A DNA stretch of 64,000 nucleotides from an uncultured Verrucomicrobiae bacterium (GCA_963806855.1 CAWDYW010000001.1:1088001-1152000); one strand, 5' to 3'; counted from the stretch's first letter, positions 1-10,002 are shown. Numbers and translations are program-made. The notes: generated by a model from the sequence alone, not told the origin.

Positions 1-818
1 GACGTTTTGACGAAATTAAACTCATTGCGCTCCTTTTGGTTCTCGAGCAGCTCTTTCTCTAGTCGCGCATCTTCCTCTTCGGTCTGCCCCCGCTTGCGTG
101 TGCCCGCAATCGCCTCAGTCCAAAGCTTGCGCCTCTCTCGACGATAGAGCCGCTCAGGGGTGACGCCGATGAAAGTGCTGTTTTCTGTAAACTGAATGGC
201 AAAACGAATTCCACCCTTCGCTTGCATTTTTGATAGGAATTGGAGAGGATTGATTGAAGAAGAGCAGGTATGGGTAGAGCGCCTGGCCATCACCACTTTA
301 TCAAACGCCTGTCCCTCAATTTCACTTAGCGCCTCTTCGATCAGCATCGTCCAGTTCTCCTGCGACGGGAAATGCTCACTTTTCTCGATATCGACCTGAC
401 TAGTCGAGAAATAGGCCGGGGCAACCTGAATTTCTTCGACCGCGCCGTTCAAAGCATGGCAAATCAGCAGAACTCGATCGTCCTGCCGCACAATCTCATA
501 TTTGGGAAGAAAAAAGCCGCATCTTGGAAACGACTCCCATAGGGCATCCTTGGCACTTGTCTGTGGGGAAAATGCATGGCCACCCCAGAGCCGCGCTGGA
601 GAGTCGTTCCCAGGATCGAACTGAGGAACTTCGGATAAACTGAGTAAGCTCCCCACGGCAGCGACCTCAAAGCCATCCCGTCCCTTCCAGTAGAACTTCG
701 GTCCTAGCTCTTGTCCATCGAGCCAAGCGAGTAGATCGAGGGAAGAAGAGAGCTCTCGTTTGGCGAGTCGATGAAAGTATCTTTCTCCATTCAGACATAA
801 AGTGAAAGATTCGGCCAT
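1..818 (-). CDS. menF: Isochorismate synthase (MenF-like), 5' part; runs off the window start
   Basis: Not in the ORF track; hand translation from ATG 818 is open to position 1: MAESFTLCLNG...DLLAWL...KFYW...LWGGHAF...FFLPK...FDKVVMARR...FIGVTPERLY...TEAIAGTRKRG...ELLENQKERNE, typical chorismate-binding domain motifs. Confidence 0.85.
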   Translation of the reverse strand, partial: MAESFTLCLNGERYFHRLAKRELSSSLDLLAWLDGQELGPKFYWKGRDGFEVAAVGSLLSLSEVPQFDPGNDSPARLWGGHAFSPQTSAKDALWESFPRCGFFLPKYEIVRQDDRVLLICHALNGAVEEIQVAPAYFSTSQVDIEKSEHFPSQENWTMLIEEALSEIEGQAFDKVVMARRSTHTCSSSINPLQFLSKMQAKGGIRFAIQFTENSTFIGVTPERLYRRERRKLWTEAIAGTRKRGQTEEEDARLEKELLENQKERNEFNFVKT

Positions 819-914
819 GAGTAAACCCTTGATTTATAACGTTTAATCATAATAATGAAAAAACTTATTTTTTATAATTAAAAAAATTTCTAAAGTAGGA
901 TCTGGGAGGGGAAA

Positions 915-1298
915 ATGCTCAATAGAGACAAGCTCAAATTATTCCGGGAACATCAGATCGAAGAGTTGCTACTGAATGCCCATTTCGAATGCGAATCGGG
1001 AATCGATCTCATTGACGAGTACTTTGCCGTTGAATCGTCCCTCGACCTCATTACCCAGTATGCCCAGAAGTTGCTAAATGAAATCAACGACTCTGAGACC
1101 CGTCAGGCAATTATCCGCAATCTCAACGATTGCATCATCGTCAAGTCTCAATATGAGAAGAAGAGTCTTGCTGGGAAAGTCAAAAACATCGTCGCAAAAA
1201 TCGGAATCAACCTGGGGAAAAACCGGGAGATCCGCCGCGCCGAAGCCTTCATTCATGCTGCGAACATGATCAGAGAGCAGCCGCGGGAGTCTGTGTAG
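915..1298 (+). CDS. Hypothetical protein, 127 aa
   Basis: ORF preceded by GGAGGGG RBS and an AT-rich promoter region; no recognisable motif. Confidence 0.7.
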   Translation: MLNRDKLKLFREHQIEELLLNAHFECESGIDLIDEYFAVESSLDLITQYAQKLLNEINDSETRQAIIRNLNDCIIVKSQYEKKSLAGKVKNIVAKIGINLGKNREIRRAEAFIHAANMIREQPRESV

Positions 1299-1914
1299 GG
1301 GCGTTAGAAGGTTTCTTAAGTGATACTAATGCCTCAGCGATAAAGTTGTTCATGCAGTGAGCAAAAAAAGAGGCTGCAAATCCATATTGATAATAGAGAT
1401 TTCCAAGTACCATGCCAGGAAAGCATGCCACTATGGCTTGGGTCAAATGACCTTTAGAACTATTAAAATAATGCATAGATCCGAATAAGGAGCTCGCGAT
1501 GAAAATAGATGCTAAAGCCGTATAAGAAAATGCAGGCATCATCTTTGTAATCAGCCACTCACTGGTATTTTGGAGAATGATACGAAATTGAAGTTCTTCC
1601 ACAAGGGGACCTGCGACGGATACAAAAAATGGAGAGACACTGGCGAGAGCATCAGCATATTCTTGATCGGCTGGTTTAAAACCAAAATAAAGAAGCGCAC
1701 CCGCTAATAGCATACTTCCGCCCATCTGTATAGGGAGCATTTTAGCAGCCACAATTAGTTCTCCGGGTAAATAATCTTGACTAGAGGCCAAAATTGAGAG
1801 TGCTATCGCAGAGATGATGATTTTTCGTTGAGCGGTATTGGAAAAAAGACGATCAATAGGAGAGATTATTCTTTCTATTAAAGATGTTTGGTATTTTAAA
1901 TAAGCACCTGTCAT
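1270..1914 (-). CDS. CPBP/Abi (CAAX-protease-like) intramembrane glutamic endopeptidase
   Basis: Motifs GPLVEELQFR, SSLFGSMH, AHCMNN with several TM segments; start uncertain (ATG 1914 or 1929; ORF track uses 1965). Confidence 0.85.
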   Translation of the reverse strand: MTGAYLKYQTSLIERIISPIDRLFSNTAQRKIIISAIALSILASSQDYLPGELIVAAKMLPIQMGGSMLLAGALLYFGFKPADQEYADALASVSPFFVSVAGPLVEELQFRIILQNTSEWLITKMMPAFSYTALASIFIASSLFGSMHYFNSSKGHLTQAIVACFPGMVLGNLYYQYGFAASFFAHCMNNFIAEALVSLKKPSNAPTQTPAAAL

Positions 1915-2147
1915 TTTTGATAGTGTCATAGTTACAATTATACATATTTTAATATATATTTTCAATTAAAAATTATGGTGAGTTATCGCTATGAGTGACA
2001 AGGGGTTATAAACAGAAAACCTCAAAAACTCGGTATAACATGTTTATTGTTAGTAAATTGCGTTATAGAGAAAATTAAAATTTATTATATAATGAAGTTA
2101 ATTTTTAAAAATGTTTAAATTATTATTAATTTAATATGGTGTAAGTA

Positions 2148-3023
2148 ATGATTAATGCAAGTTCGCCCGCGACTACACTCCCCTTGGCCAAAACAATGGA
2201 GGGGCTATCGTACTACGATGACTTCGGAGATTATAAGGTTCCCACTGAAGTCATCGCTCGAATTTTCAGTTATTTGCCTTCAGGGGATTTGTATGACGCC
2301 AGAGGAGCCTGCCGAACATGGTACGTCATCGCATCCAATCAGCTTACCTTACCCCGATTATTCCCAGGGGCTCCTGTCGTCAATCAAGGAAGGTGGGATG
2401 CCCATGTTGATTTAAAGAAGCATGGACTGGTCTTTGAACCTCTAGAGCAACCTCGCCTATATTATAAGAGCGATTATATGGAATTAAGCCGGATAGCATC
2501 TGAGGTCGAAAAATCTAAAATCAAAGAAAGGGAGGGGATTTCCTTTTTGACTCTGCCGAAGGGGCTCACAGTGAATAAAATCATCGCCATTGTAGGAGCT
2601 CCCAAGATGGGCAATTCGACCCAATTTGGATATATTTGTGGCGATATTATCGCAAAATATGGGGATAAGAAAATCGAAAAGACTGTTATAGTAGCGATTA
2701 CGAACGGGATATTCAACAATTCTTGCAGCCTAAGCGTTGATCAACAAATGGATCTAGTGAAGGGATTAAAATGCGACATGCTTAAACTAGTGGCGGTCAT
2801 GGCCCTAACGATCATGAGATATATCAGTTCCGATCCCGCTAGCCCTCTGCGACTTTTTGGGAATGATCCATTTACCTTTACCCGTTGTGCTGAAGAGATC
2901 CGCGGGTTCAACTGTATTTTTGGGAGCTTCGGCTTGCCAGGACCGTACGTCTCCTTCTACCCTCTCGAGTCTCCGGCCCACGGCGCTGGGGGGCAGCGGA
3001 AGCTTGAGGGCGATCGCTATTGA
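2148..3023 (+). CDS. F-box protein, paralog 1 (candidate effector, variable C-terminus)
   Basis: F-box-like PTEVIARIFSYLPSGDLYDARGACRTWY; colinear similarity to 3194-4058, 5040-5921 and 19948-20847. Confidence 0.85.
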   Translation: MINASSPATTLPLAKTMEGLSYYDDFGDYKVPTEVIARIFSYLPSGDLYDARGACRTWYVIASNQLTLPRLFPGAPVVNQGRWDAHVDLKKHGLVFEPLEQPRLYYKSDYMELSRIASEVEKSKIKEREGISFLTLPKGLTVNKIIAIVGAPKMGNSTQFGYICGDIIAKYGDKKIEKTVIVAITNGIFNNSCSLSVDQQMDLVKGLKCDMLKLVAVMALTIMRYISSDPASPLRLFGNDPFTFTRCAEEIRGFNCIFGSFGLPGPYVSFYPLESPAHGAGGQRKLEGDRY

Positions 3024-3052
3024 ACAATGGCTGTCTGTGCAGGGAAGTAATT

Positions 3053-3075
3053 TATACCCCGGCCCCGCCCAAAAG
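3053..3075. repeat. Half-arm of miniature inverted-repeat element family A
   Basis: TATACCCCGGCCCCGCCCAAAAG matches the reverse complement of the right arm at 20888-20909 with one extra G. Confidence 0.6.
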
Positions 3076-3137
3076 CCTTCATTCATGCCGTCCAAATGGT
3101 CAGCGACGATGCGCGTGAGTCCATCCGGGACAGTTAA
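3073..3137 (+). repeat. Diverged second copy of the 3' end of gene 915-1298
   Basis: Ungapped 38/53 nt match to 1243-1295 (first 16 nt identical); KAFIHAVQMVSDDARESIRDS* versus EAFIHAANMIREQPRESV*. Confidence 0.7.
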
Positions 3138-3193
3138 TTTTTATTCATAGAATTTGGGTATAATGTTAATATTGCCACTAATTTAGTGGTAAA

Positions 3194-4058
3194 ATGATGT
3201 TCAATTCAATTTTTACATTTCAACAAGATGAAAAGAGAGCCCTGCCTCTTGCCAAAACAATCGCGAATGTACCTTCAAACACCATGATTAGGGGCTCTCA
3301 AATTCCAAAGGACCTGCTCAGCCTAATTTTTTGCCTACTAGCTGCTGAAGCTTTGTACAGTGCCCGAGGAGTCTGCCGATTATGGTACGTCATCGCTTCA
3401 AATCAGCTTTCCTTACCTCGATTATTCCCAGAGGCTCCTTTCGTCGATCAAAGAGTTTGGGATGCCCATGTTGATTTAAAGAAGCATGGACTCGTCTTTG
3501 AGGAGATCCTGCAGCCCCGTCTGTATTTATAAGGGCGATTGTATGCAATTAAGGCGCATGGCGGCTGAAGTAGAAGGAGGTGGGGGGATTTCCTTTTTGA
3601 TTCTTCCGAAAGGGCTTAACTTGCATAAGATTATCGCCATTGCAGGAGCTCCCAAGACCGGCAATTCGATCAAGTTTAGACTTATTTGGGACAGCATTGT
3701 CAAAAAATATGGGGATAAGGAAATCGAAAAGACCGTCATTGTCGCGATTACGAACGGGGTATTTAAACGCAGTAATGGCATAAGTGGTGCTGAACAAGAA
3801 GAGCTATTAAAGGGAGTAAAATGCGACATACCTGAATTAGTGGCGGTCCTAGCCTTAGTGATCCTGAGATACATTAGTTCTGATCCCAAGAGTCCACTGC
3901 GACTTTTTGACATTCTTACCCTTTGCGCGGAAGACATCGGAGGAACCCGCTTGGCCTTTGGATTCACCCCTGTGGGTCCCCGTACCAGCGTGAGCGGCTT
4001 CGACTACGAATGTTACGGCGTTGGGGGACAGTGGAAGTTCGAGGGCATTGGCTATTGA
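3194..4058 (+). pseudogene. F-box protein, paralog 2, split by a +1 frameshift near 3526 (real or sequencing error)
   Basis: CTG TAT TTAT AAG versus CTA TAT TAT AAG in paralog 1; ORFs 3194-3532 and 3486-4058 join into one full-length paralog. Confidence 0.75.
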
Positions 4059-4071
4059 GGTTTTGGTTTGC

Positions 4072-4160
4072 TATACTCCGACTCATCCAAAAGTGTGAAT
4101 TTGGACCGCGAGAGCTTTCGCATAGATCCAAATTCACACTTTTGGGCGAGGCGGAGTATA
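4072..4160. mobile_element. Miniature inverted-repeat element, family A (89 bp, TATAC...GTATA ends)
   Basis: 34-bp terminal inverted repeats with 3 mismatches (TATACTCCGACTCATCCAAAAGTGTGAATTTGGA / TCCAAATTCACACTTTTGGGCGAGGCGGAGTATA); second copy at 20834-20909. Confidence 0.8.
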
Positions 4161-4541
4161 TTATCTTATAATCTCGACGAGTTCTGAATAACTTTTCAAA
4201 CATTCATCATCAGTCAGTAAGATCAGGGGTTCACAAATAGCCTGCGCAACCAAAATTCGGTCAAAAGGATCTCTATGAATATCAGGAAGGGATGTGACTG
4301 CTGATGCATGTCGAGCCGAAATGGGGAGTTCTATAAAATCGCTAGTCACTATAGCATCGACAATCTGATTGATATCGGCATGCAGCTTTTTAAGTTTAAT
4401 TTTAATGGCTAATTCCCAAATCGAAGCGCTGCTCACATAGACTTCTGTTGCCTCTATAATCTTAGATTTTGCAATCTTTGAAAGGTTTTTGTCGTTTATA
4501 ATCCACCATAAATAGACATGTGTATCAAGTAGAAATCTCAT
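4161..4541 (-). CDS. vapC: Type II TA toxin, PIN domain (VapC family)
   Basis: LLDTHVYLW, VSSASIWELAIK, HRDPFDRILVAQA, LLTDD motifs. Confidence 0.95.
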   Translation of the reverse strand: MRFLLDTHVYLWWIINDKNLSKIAKSKIIEATEVYVSSASIWELAIKIKLKKLHADINQIVDAIVTSDFIELPISARHASAVTSLPDIHRDPFDRILVAQAICEPLILLTDDECLKSYSELVEIIR

Positions 4542-4774
4542 GAGTGCCCCTCAAAGGATGCAATGATGTCTTCTGGCAAGGGTTCATAAAAACCTTTAGA
4601 TATTTTAATTTTGCCTTTGAGTACGCCCAATGATCGTTTGGGTTTTTTGCCAATCGGGACAAGTCTGGCGACAGGTTTTCCCGCCATTGCAATCACAATC
4701 TCGTTTCCATGAATAACTCCATCAACGAGTTTTGAGAAATGTGTTTTAGCTTCATGCATATTAAAAATTCGCAT
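4538..4774 (-). CDS. Type II TA antitoxin, Phd/YefM family
   Basis: NMHEAKTHFSKLVD...EIVIAMAGKPVARLVP; ATGA overlap with the toxin start. Confidence 0.95.
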   Translation of the reverse strand: MRIFNMHEAKTHFSKLVDGVIHGNEIVIAMAGKPVARLVPIGKKPKRSLGVLKGKIKISKGFYEPLPEDIIASFEGHS

Positions 4775-4806
4775 AGGGCTCCCTCCAATGTAAAACCTTT
4801 ATATCC

Positions 4807-4820
4807 GACTAAGCTTAGTC
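4807..4820. promoter_or_regulatory. Palindrome upstream of the TA operon, probable autorepression operator
   Basis: Perfect 14-bp palindrome GACTAAGCTTAGTC about 33 bp upstream of the antitoxin ATG; operator role is inferred. Confidence 0.55.
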
Positions 4821-5039
4821 TAGTCTATTTCAAAATTTATAGCAAGGTCTAAGATCCTTTGGTCAAGGATACCATATTTTTGTATTGTTAACTTATTCAT
4901 CATTAAGTAGATATGGTTATATGTAAATTAAAATTTTTTTAGTATAGTTTAATTAAATTACATAAAATGTTAAAATTACTATTAATTTTAATGTGAGGAA
5001 AATAAGATTAATGTAATTTCGACGTTTCTGCGCTTTGCT

Positions 5040-5921
5040 ATGCAGTTTCAATATGAATATGCTGGAATTGATGGCGAACCAGAAGATAAAACAGAGCGAA
5101 CACTTCCCTTGGCCAAAACAATGGAGGGGCTATCGCAGTACGATGACTTTGGAGGCTCTAAGGTTCCCAGAGATATCATCGCTCTAATTTTCAGTCATTT
5201 GCGGCCAGAAGATTTGTATAAAGCCCGAAGAGTCTGCCGAACCTGGTATGTCATCGCATCCAATATGCTTACCTTGCCTCGATTATTTCGAGAGGCTCCT
5301 ATCGTCGATGGAAAGATGTGGGATCCTCATGTTGATTTAGATAAGCATTGCCTAGTCTTTGAGGATATAGCCCAACCCCGCCTTTATTATAAGAGCGATT
5401 ATGAGGAATTAAGCCGTATGGCAGCTGAAGTTGAAAATAACCAGGGGATTTCCTTTTTGACTCTGCCGAAAGGGCTCACATTAAATAAAGTCATCGCCAT
5501 TGCAGGAGCTCCCAAGATGGGCAATTCGACCAAAGTTAAAATTTGGTGGGACCGAATTGTCGAAAAATATGGGGATAAGGAAATCGAAAAGACAGTCACA
5601 ATGGCGATTACGAACGGGGTATTCAACAAGTCTAGAAACCTAAACATTGCTAAACAAAAGGAGCTAGTGGAGGGATTAAAATGCGACATGCATGAAATAG
5701 TGGCAGTCATGGCCCTAGCGATCATGAGATACATCAGTTCCGATCCCGATAGCCCTCTGCGACTTTTTGGGGATGATCCATTGACCTATACCCGTTGTTT
5801 TGAAGAGTCTGCGGTCTTTGGGGGCTTCGCCCCGGCTGGCACGGGCGCGTACTACGACGATTTCGATTATGAGAACAGCGGCGTGGGCGGTCAGCGGACG
5901 TTAGAGGGCGATCGCTATTGA
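5040..5921 (+). CDS. F-box protein, paralog 3
   Basis: PRDIIALIFSHLRPEDLYKARRVCRTWY; highly similar to paralog 1; the position homologous to the paralog 1 start reads AAG (5004), in frame. Confidence 0.85.
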   Translation: MQFQYEYAGIDGEPEDKTERTLPLAKTMEGLSQYDDFGGSKVPRDIIALIFSHLRPEDLYKARRVCRTWYVIASNMLTLPRLFREAPIVDGKMWDPHVDLDKHCLVFEDIAQPRLYYKSDYEELSRMAAEVENNQGISFLTLPKGLTLNKVIAIAGAPKMGNSTKVKIWWDRIVEKYGDKEIEKTVTMAITNGVFNKSRNLNIAKQKELVEGLKCDMHEIVAVMALAIMRYISSDPDSPLRLFGDDPLTYTRCFEESAVFGGFAPAGTGAYYDDFDYENSGVGGQRTLEGDRY

Positions 5922-5949
5922 ACACTTGGTCATTGGCTAGGCCAGAGCC

Positions 5950-7763
5950 CTATTTCCCTCGTTTCCGATCGATCTCTTTTAAGTGCCGTTTGCGGAGGCG
6001 AATGAAATTGGGTGTCACTTCGATCAATTCGTCATTTTCGATAAAGTCGATCGCCTGCTCGAGCGTAAATGGACGCGGTGGAACGAGGATGATGTTTTCA
6101 TCGCTGCCGGAGGCGCGGACGTTCGTCAGCTGCTTTTCTTTCGTGACGTTGACGATCAGGTCGTTATCGCGGCTATTTTCACCGACGATCATCCCTTCAT
6201 AGACTTCATCGCCAGGTCTGACAAAGAGAGTGCCTCGTTCTTGCAAGTTAAAGCAGGCATAGGCGGTAGTTCTTCCGCCGCACATCGAGACGAGTGACGC
6301 CTTGGTGCCTTCCGGGGATTTCCCCTTTCCACGGGCCGAAGTGGTCGAAAATCGAGGTGAGGATTCCGAGGCCGCGGGTTTGCGGTCATGAACTCGTTGC
6401 GGTAACCCATGAAGCCGCGGGTGGGGATCAAGAACTCGAAGGTGGTAATGTTGTGCTCGTTGGTGCTCAGCGCTCGCATTTCTCCTTTGCGGCGAGAGAG
6501 CTCTTCGATAACCGTGCCTGAAAATTCTTCAGGGACTTCGATATGGGCTGATTCGTATGGGTTCAGTGTTTGCCCATTTTCTTCTTTGGTGATGACCTGA
6601 GGTTTGGAGATGGTGAATTCGTAATTTTCGCGGCGCATCGCTTCGATGAGCACGGCCAGGTGGAGTTCGCCGCGGCCGCAGACGCGCATCGCATCTTCGC
6701 GCCCGTTTCAGCTCTTCAATTTTCAATGAGATATTGGCGCGTCTTTCTTGGTTGAGGCGGTCGCGGAGTTTATTCATCGTGACGTGCTTGCCGTCTTTAC
6801 CTACAAAGGGGCCGTTGTTGACCGTCATTTCGATAGAAAGTGTCGGCTCGGCAAGGGTAATGGGAGGGAGTTGGACGATGTGCTCAGGTGAGCAGAGGGT
6901 GTCGCCAATGATTATTTCGGGAATTCCGGCGATGTTGACGATGTCGCCGACGCCGGCTTCTTCCATCTCCACTTTTTTCAGGCCAAAGTAGCCTTCGATC
7001 CGGCTCACTTTGTGCTGTGGTGGATGCCCTTCGGATTGATACGGGTGATGGTTTGCCCTTTTTGCATTTTCCTTCGAGAATTCGTCCGCAGGCTTGTCGT
7101 CCGACGAAATCGTCATAGGTGAGGGTGGTGGCTTGCATAAGGAAGGGGAGGTCCATGTTTCCTGGCGGCGCAGGGCACTGCTTCTATGATCAGCTCGAAA
7201 GAGGGGGCGCATGTCTTTCGCTGGATCATTGAGATTGACGGGTAGCAAAGCCGGAGAGGCCGGAGGCATAGCCAATGGGAAAGTCGAGCTGTTCATCGGT
7301 TGCGCCGAGCTCGACAAAGAGATCAAAGGTGAGGTTGAGCGCGCGGTCAGGATCGGCGTGTGGGCGGTCGATTTTATTGAGGACGACGATCGGTCTAAGG
7401 CCGATTTTAAGGGCTTGGGAGAGGACGAAACGGGTCTGCGGCATCGGCCTTCTTGGGCATCGACTAGGAGCAGAACGCAGTTGACCAGTCCGAGGACCCG
7501 CTCCACTTCACCGGAGAAATCAGCGTGGCCAGGGGTGTCGATAATATTAATTTTATAATCTTCGTAGAAAATGCTGGTATGTTTGGCAAAAATCGTGATG
7601 CCGCGCTCTTTTTCCTGGTCATAGCTGTCCATGACCCGTTCGGGGACTTTTCATTGTCTCGGAAGATATTGGATTGTTTAAGAAGGCTATCGAGCAGGGT
7701 GGTTTTCCCATGGTCAATGTGGGCGATAATGGCGATATTGCGAATTTTTTCTGGCTGGTACAT
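5950..7763 (-). CDS. typA: Translational GTPase TypA/BipA, multiple frameshifts (probably sequencing errors)
   Basis: Fragments [77 protein letters not shown] in colinear order across frames. Confidence 0.93.
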
Positions 7764-7850
7764 ATTATTTCCTTGCGATCCCAGTCAGTATAGTAAATGT
7801 AAGGATTGAAAAGAAGCCCCATTTTTGATATATTATGACAAGCTGAGGAG

Positions 7851-9281
7851 GTGCATATGGATTATTTTAATCATCAATCTAATCTTTTAACTGATGTCGA
7901 TGATATCCTCATTGAAAAGCTCGAAAAAGCGCTCCACAAGCCAACGCAGGCAGTCGTGGTCCATGATGTGGCCAAGATCGCTGCTGAACATTCTGGGGTC
8001 GACCTGGCGATCGCCGCATCCCGTTTGCCTCCCTACGCCCGTGCGGTTTTGTTTCAAAACTGCAGCGCGGTCGAAGAGCAAATCAAATTTTTAATTAACA
8101 CCGACAGCAGCACCCGGATCGCGGTCTTTAGGGAAATCACCGATGAAGAGATCATCAGTGTCATCGAGCTGATGCCGCCCGACGAGGCTGTCGAGGTTCT
8201 AGAAGATCTTTCGGAGAGGCGGTATCGAAAGGTCATCGAGAGTCTCGAACCGACCAAGGCGATGCGGATTAAAGAAATTCAGAAAAACGCCCGCAATACG
8301 GCCGGAAGGCTCATGACCAACGAATTCTTCGCTTTTTCGATGGAGGCGACGATCGGGCAGGTGGGGGTCACCATCCGCAACAATCCAGGGATCGATCTGA
8401 CCCGCCGCATTTTCGTCTTAAATCAAGAAGGGGAGTTGCAGGGGTATGTGCCTGCTAGAAATTTAATTATCAATCCTTCCGATCTGCCGCTCAAGCATGT
8501 GATGCGTCCCGTTTTGCACAAGGTGACAGTAGAAGTGCCTCGCGAAGAGGTGGTCGATATGGTTGAGAGGTATAAAATTAGCGCGCTGCCAGTGGTCGAT
8601 AAGCAAGATCGGCTTGTTGGAGTGATTACCTATGAGGATGTCCTCGATGCGATGGAAGACATTCTCGATGAGACGATCGGAAGCGTTGCCGGTACGAGCG
8701 AGAAGGTGTGGGAATATGAGTCGCTTTTTAAAAGGTTTTTATCCCGTAGCCCTTGGCTGATCGTGACGCTATGTGCCGGTTTGATCAATGTGGGGGTCAT
8801 GTCCTCATTTGAGAGATTTGAAAAGGGGATGCTGACATTTGCTATCTTTTTTGTTCCCCTCATCACAGGGATGTCGGGCAATATCGGCGTCCAATGTTCG
8901 ACCGTTTTGGTGCGCAGTATGGCTTTAGGTCAGATGACTCCGGGTAACCGCCGCCATGCGATTAAACGGGAGCTCTTGATGGGGTTGATGGGAGGCGCGG
9001 TCTTCGGAGCGTTGTGCGGGCTGATGATCTATTTCATGAACTTTACCGGTGTGACCGGTGTGGCCGCAAGTCCTATTGCAATTGGGGTGATTGTGAGCAT
9101 GGGGCTGGTGGGAGCTTGCTTAGCAGGAACCGTATTGGGAGTCTTTTCTCCCTTTTTCTTCATGAGGGTCGGAGTAGATCCGGCGGTGGCCTCGGGGCCG
9201 ATTATTACAGCTTTTAACGACTTTTTATCGATGTCTATTTATTTTTTAATTGCCATGGGGATGAGCACGTTAATCTTATGA
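7851..9281 (+). CDS. mgtE: Magnesium transporter MgtE
   Basis: TAGRLMT, tandem CBS domains, RSPWL, GMSGNIGVQ, DPAVASGPIITAFND. Confidence 0.95.
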   Translation: MHMDYFNHQSNLLTDVDDILIEKLEKALHKPTQAVVVHDVAKIAAEHSGVDLAIAASRLPPYARAVLFQNCSAVEEQIKFLINTDSSTRIAVFREITDEEIISVIELMPPDEAVEVLEDLSERRYRKVIESLEPTKAMRIKEIQKNARNTAGRLMTNEFFAFSMEATIGQVGVTIRNNPGIDLTRRIFVLNQEGELQGYVPARNLIINPSDLPLKHVMRPVLHKVTVEVPREEVVDMVERYKISALPVVDKQDRLVGVITYEDVLDAMEDILDETIGSVAGTSEKVWEYESLFKRFLSRSPWLIVTLCAGLINVGVMSSFERFEKGMLTFAIFFVPLITGMSGNIGVQCSTVLVRSMALGQMTPGNRRHAIKRELLMGLMGGAVFGALCGLMIYFMNFTGVTGVAASPIAIGVIVSMGLVGACLAGTVLGVFSPFFFMRVGVDPAVASGPIITAFNDFLSMSIYFLIAMGMSTLIL

Positions 9282-9934
9282 ATATACAAATGATTCAGAC
9301 GCGAAGTTGGAATCCTTCCAAACTCCGGAAGCCTTTATTCAAGCCGATGATGAGGGCGCTCGACTGGGCTGAGCTGATCCAGGGAGCACTCCCACAGCTA
9401 GCAAAGGATTCGCGCAAGCTGCTCAGCCGGATTTCAGATGGCTTGTCGGTCTTTGACTTGCCGAGCAGAGGCAATAAGCTCCTGAGGTCTTTTACGTTGG
9501 CTTATGCAGGGGAGACGGTCGGAGAAAAGGCGGTCGGCTCGATTGGGGCATTGAAAAACTCGACGTCGATTGCCGGGGTGGGGGCTGTGGCTGTCGAGGT
9601 GATGCATGAGCATGGGCTCTTCACCCTTTCGCCACATCAACTTTTAATTTTAAATATCTTTGGGTTCATCTGCAGCTCGGTTCTTGTATTAAAGAGCCTT
9701 GCCGATCTCAATAAAACTTTTAATGTAATCACTCAGCAAGAGCTCTGGTGTACCGAATTCAATTCAAATCTTTTATATCTAGCAAATAAAATTTGCCGTT
9801 TGACCATTGGTCTCATTGGCATGGGCTTTTTTCTTTTTGGCGGGGAACTTGCTGCGCCTTATCTTTTATTAGGCCTTTCTAGTTTTAGTCTTGTTTTATC
9901 TTTGACTAGATATTATTATCGAATCTCAGTTTAA
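9278..9934 (+). CDS. Hypothetical membrane protein, divergent member of a tandem triad
   Basis: Hydrophobic C-terminal hairpin; ELWCTEFNSNLLYLA aligns with EPWTPPFNLALIxL of the next two genes. Confidence 0.7.
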   Translation: MNIQMIQTRSWNPSKLRKPLFKPMMRALDWAELIQGALPQLAKDSRKLLSRISDGLSVFDLPSRGNKLLRSFTLAYAGETVGEKAVGSIGALKNSTSIAGVGAVAVEVMHEHGLFTLSPHQLLILNIFGFICSSVLVLKSLADLNKTFNVITQQELWCTEFNSNLLYLANKICRLTIGLIGMGFFLFGGELAAPYLLLGLSSFSLVLSLTRYYYRISV

Positions 9935-10002
9935 TTATATTCTATAATGTTATTTTATTTATAATTTGCTATAATTAACCTTATATTAAGAAAAGGTTAA
10001 TT

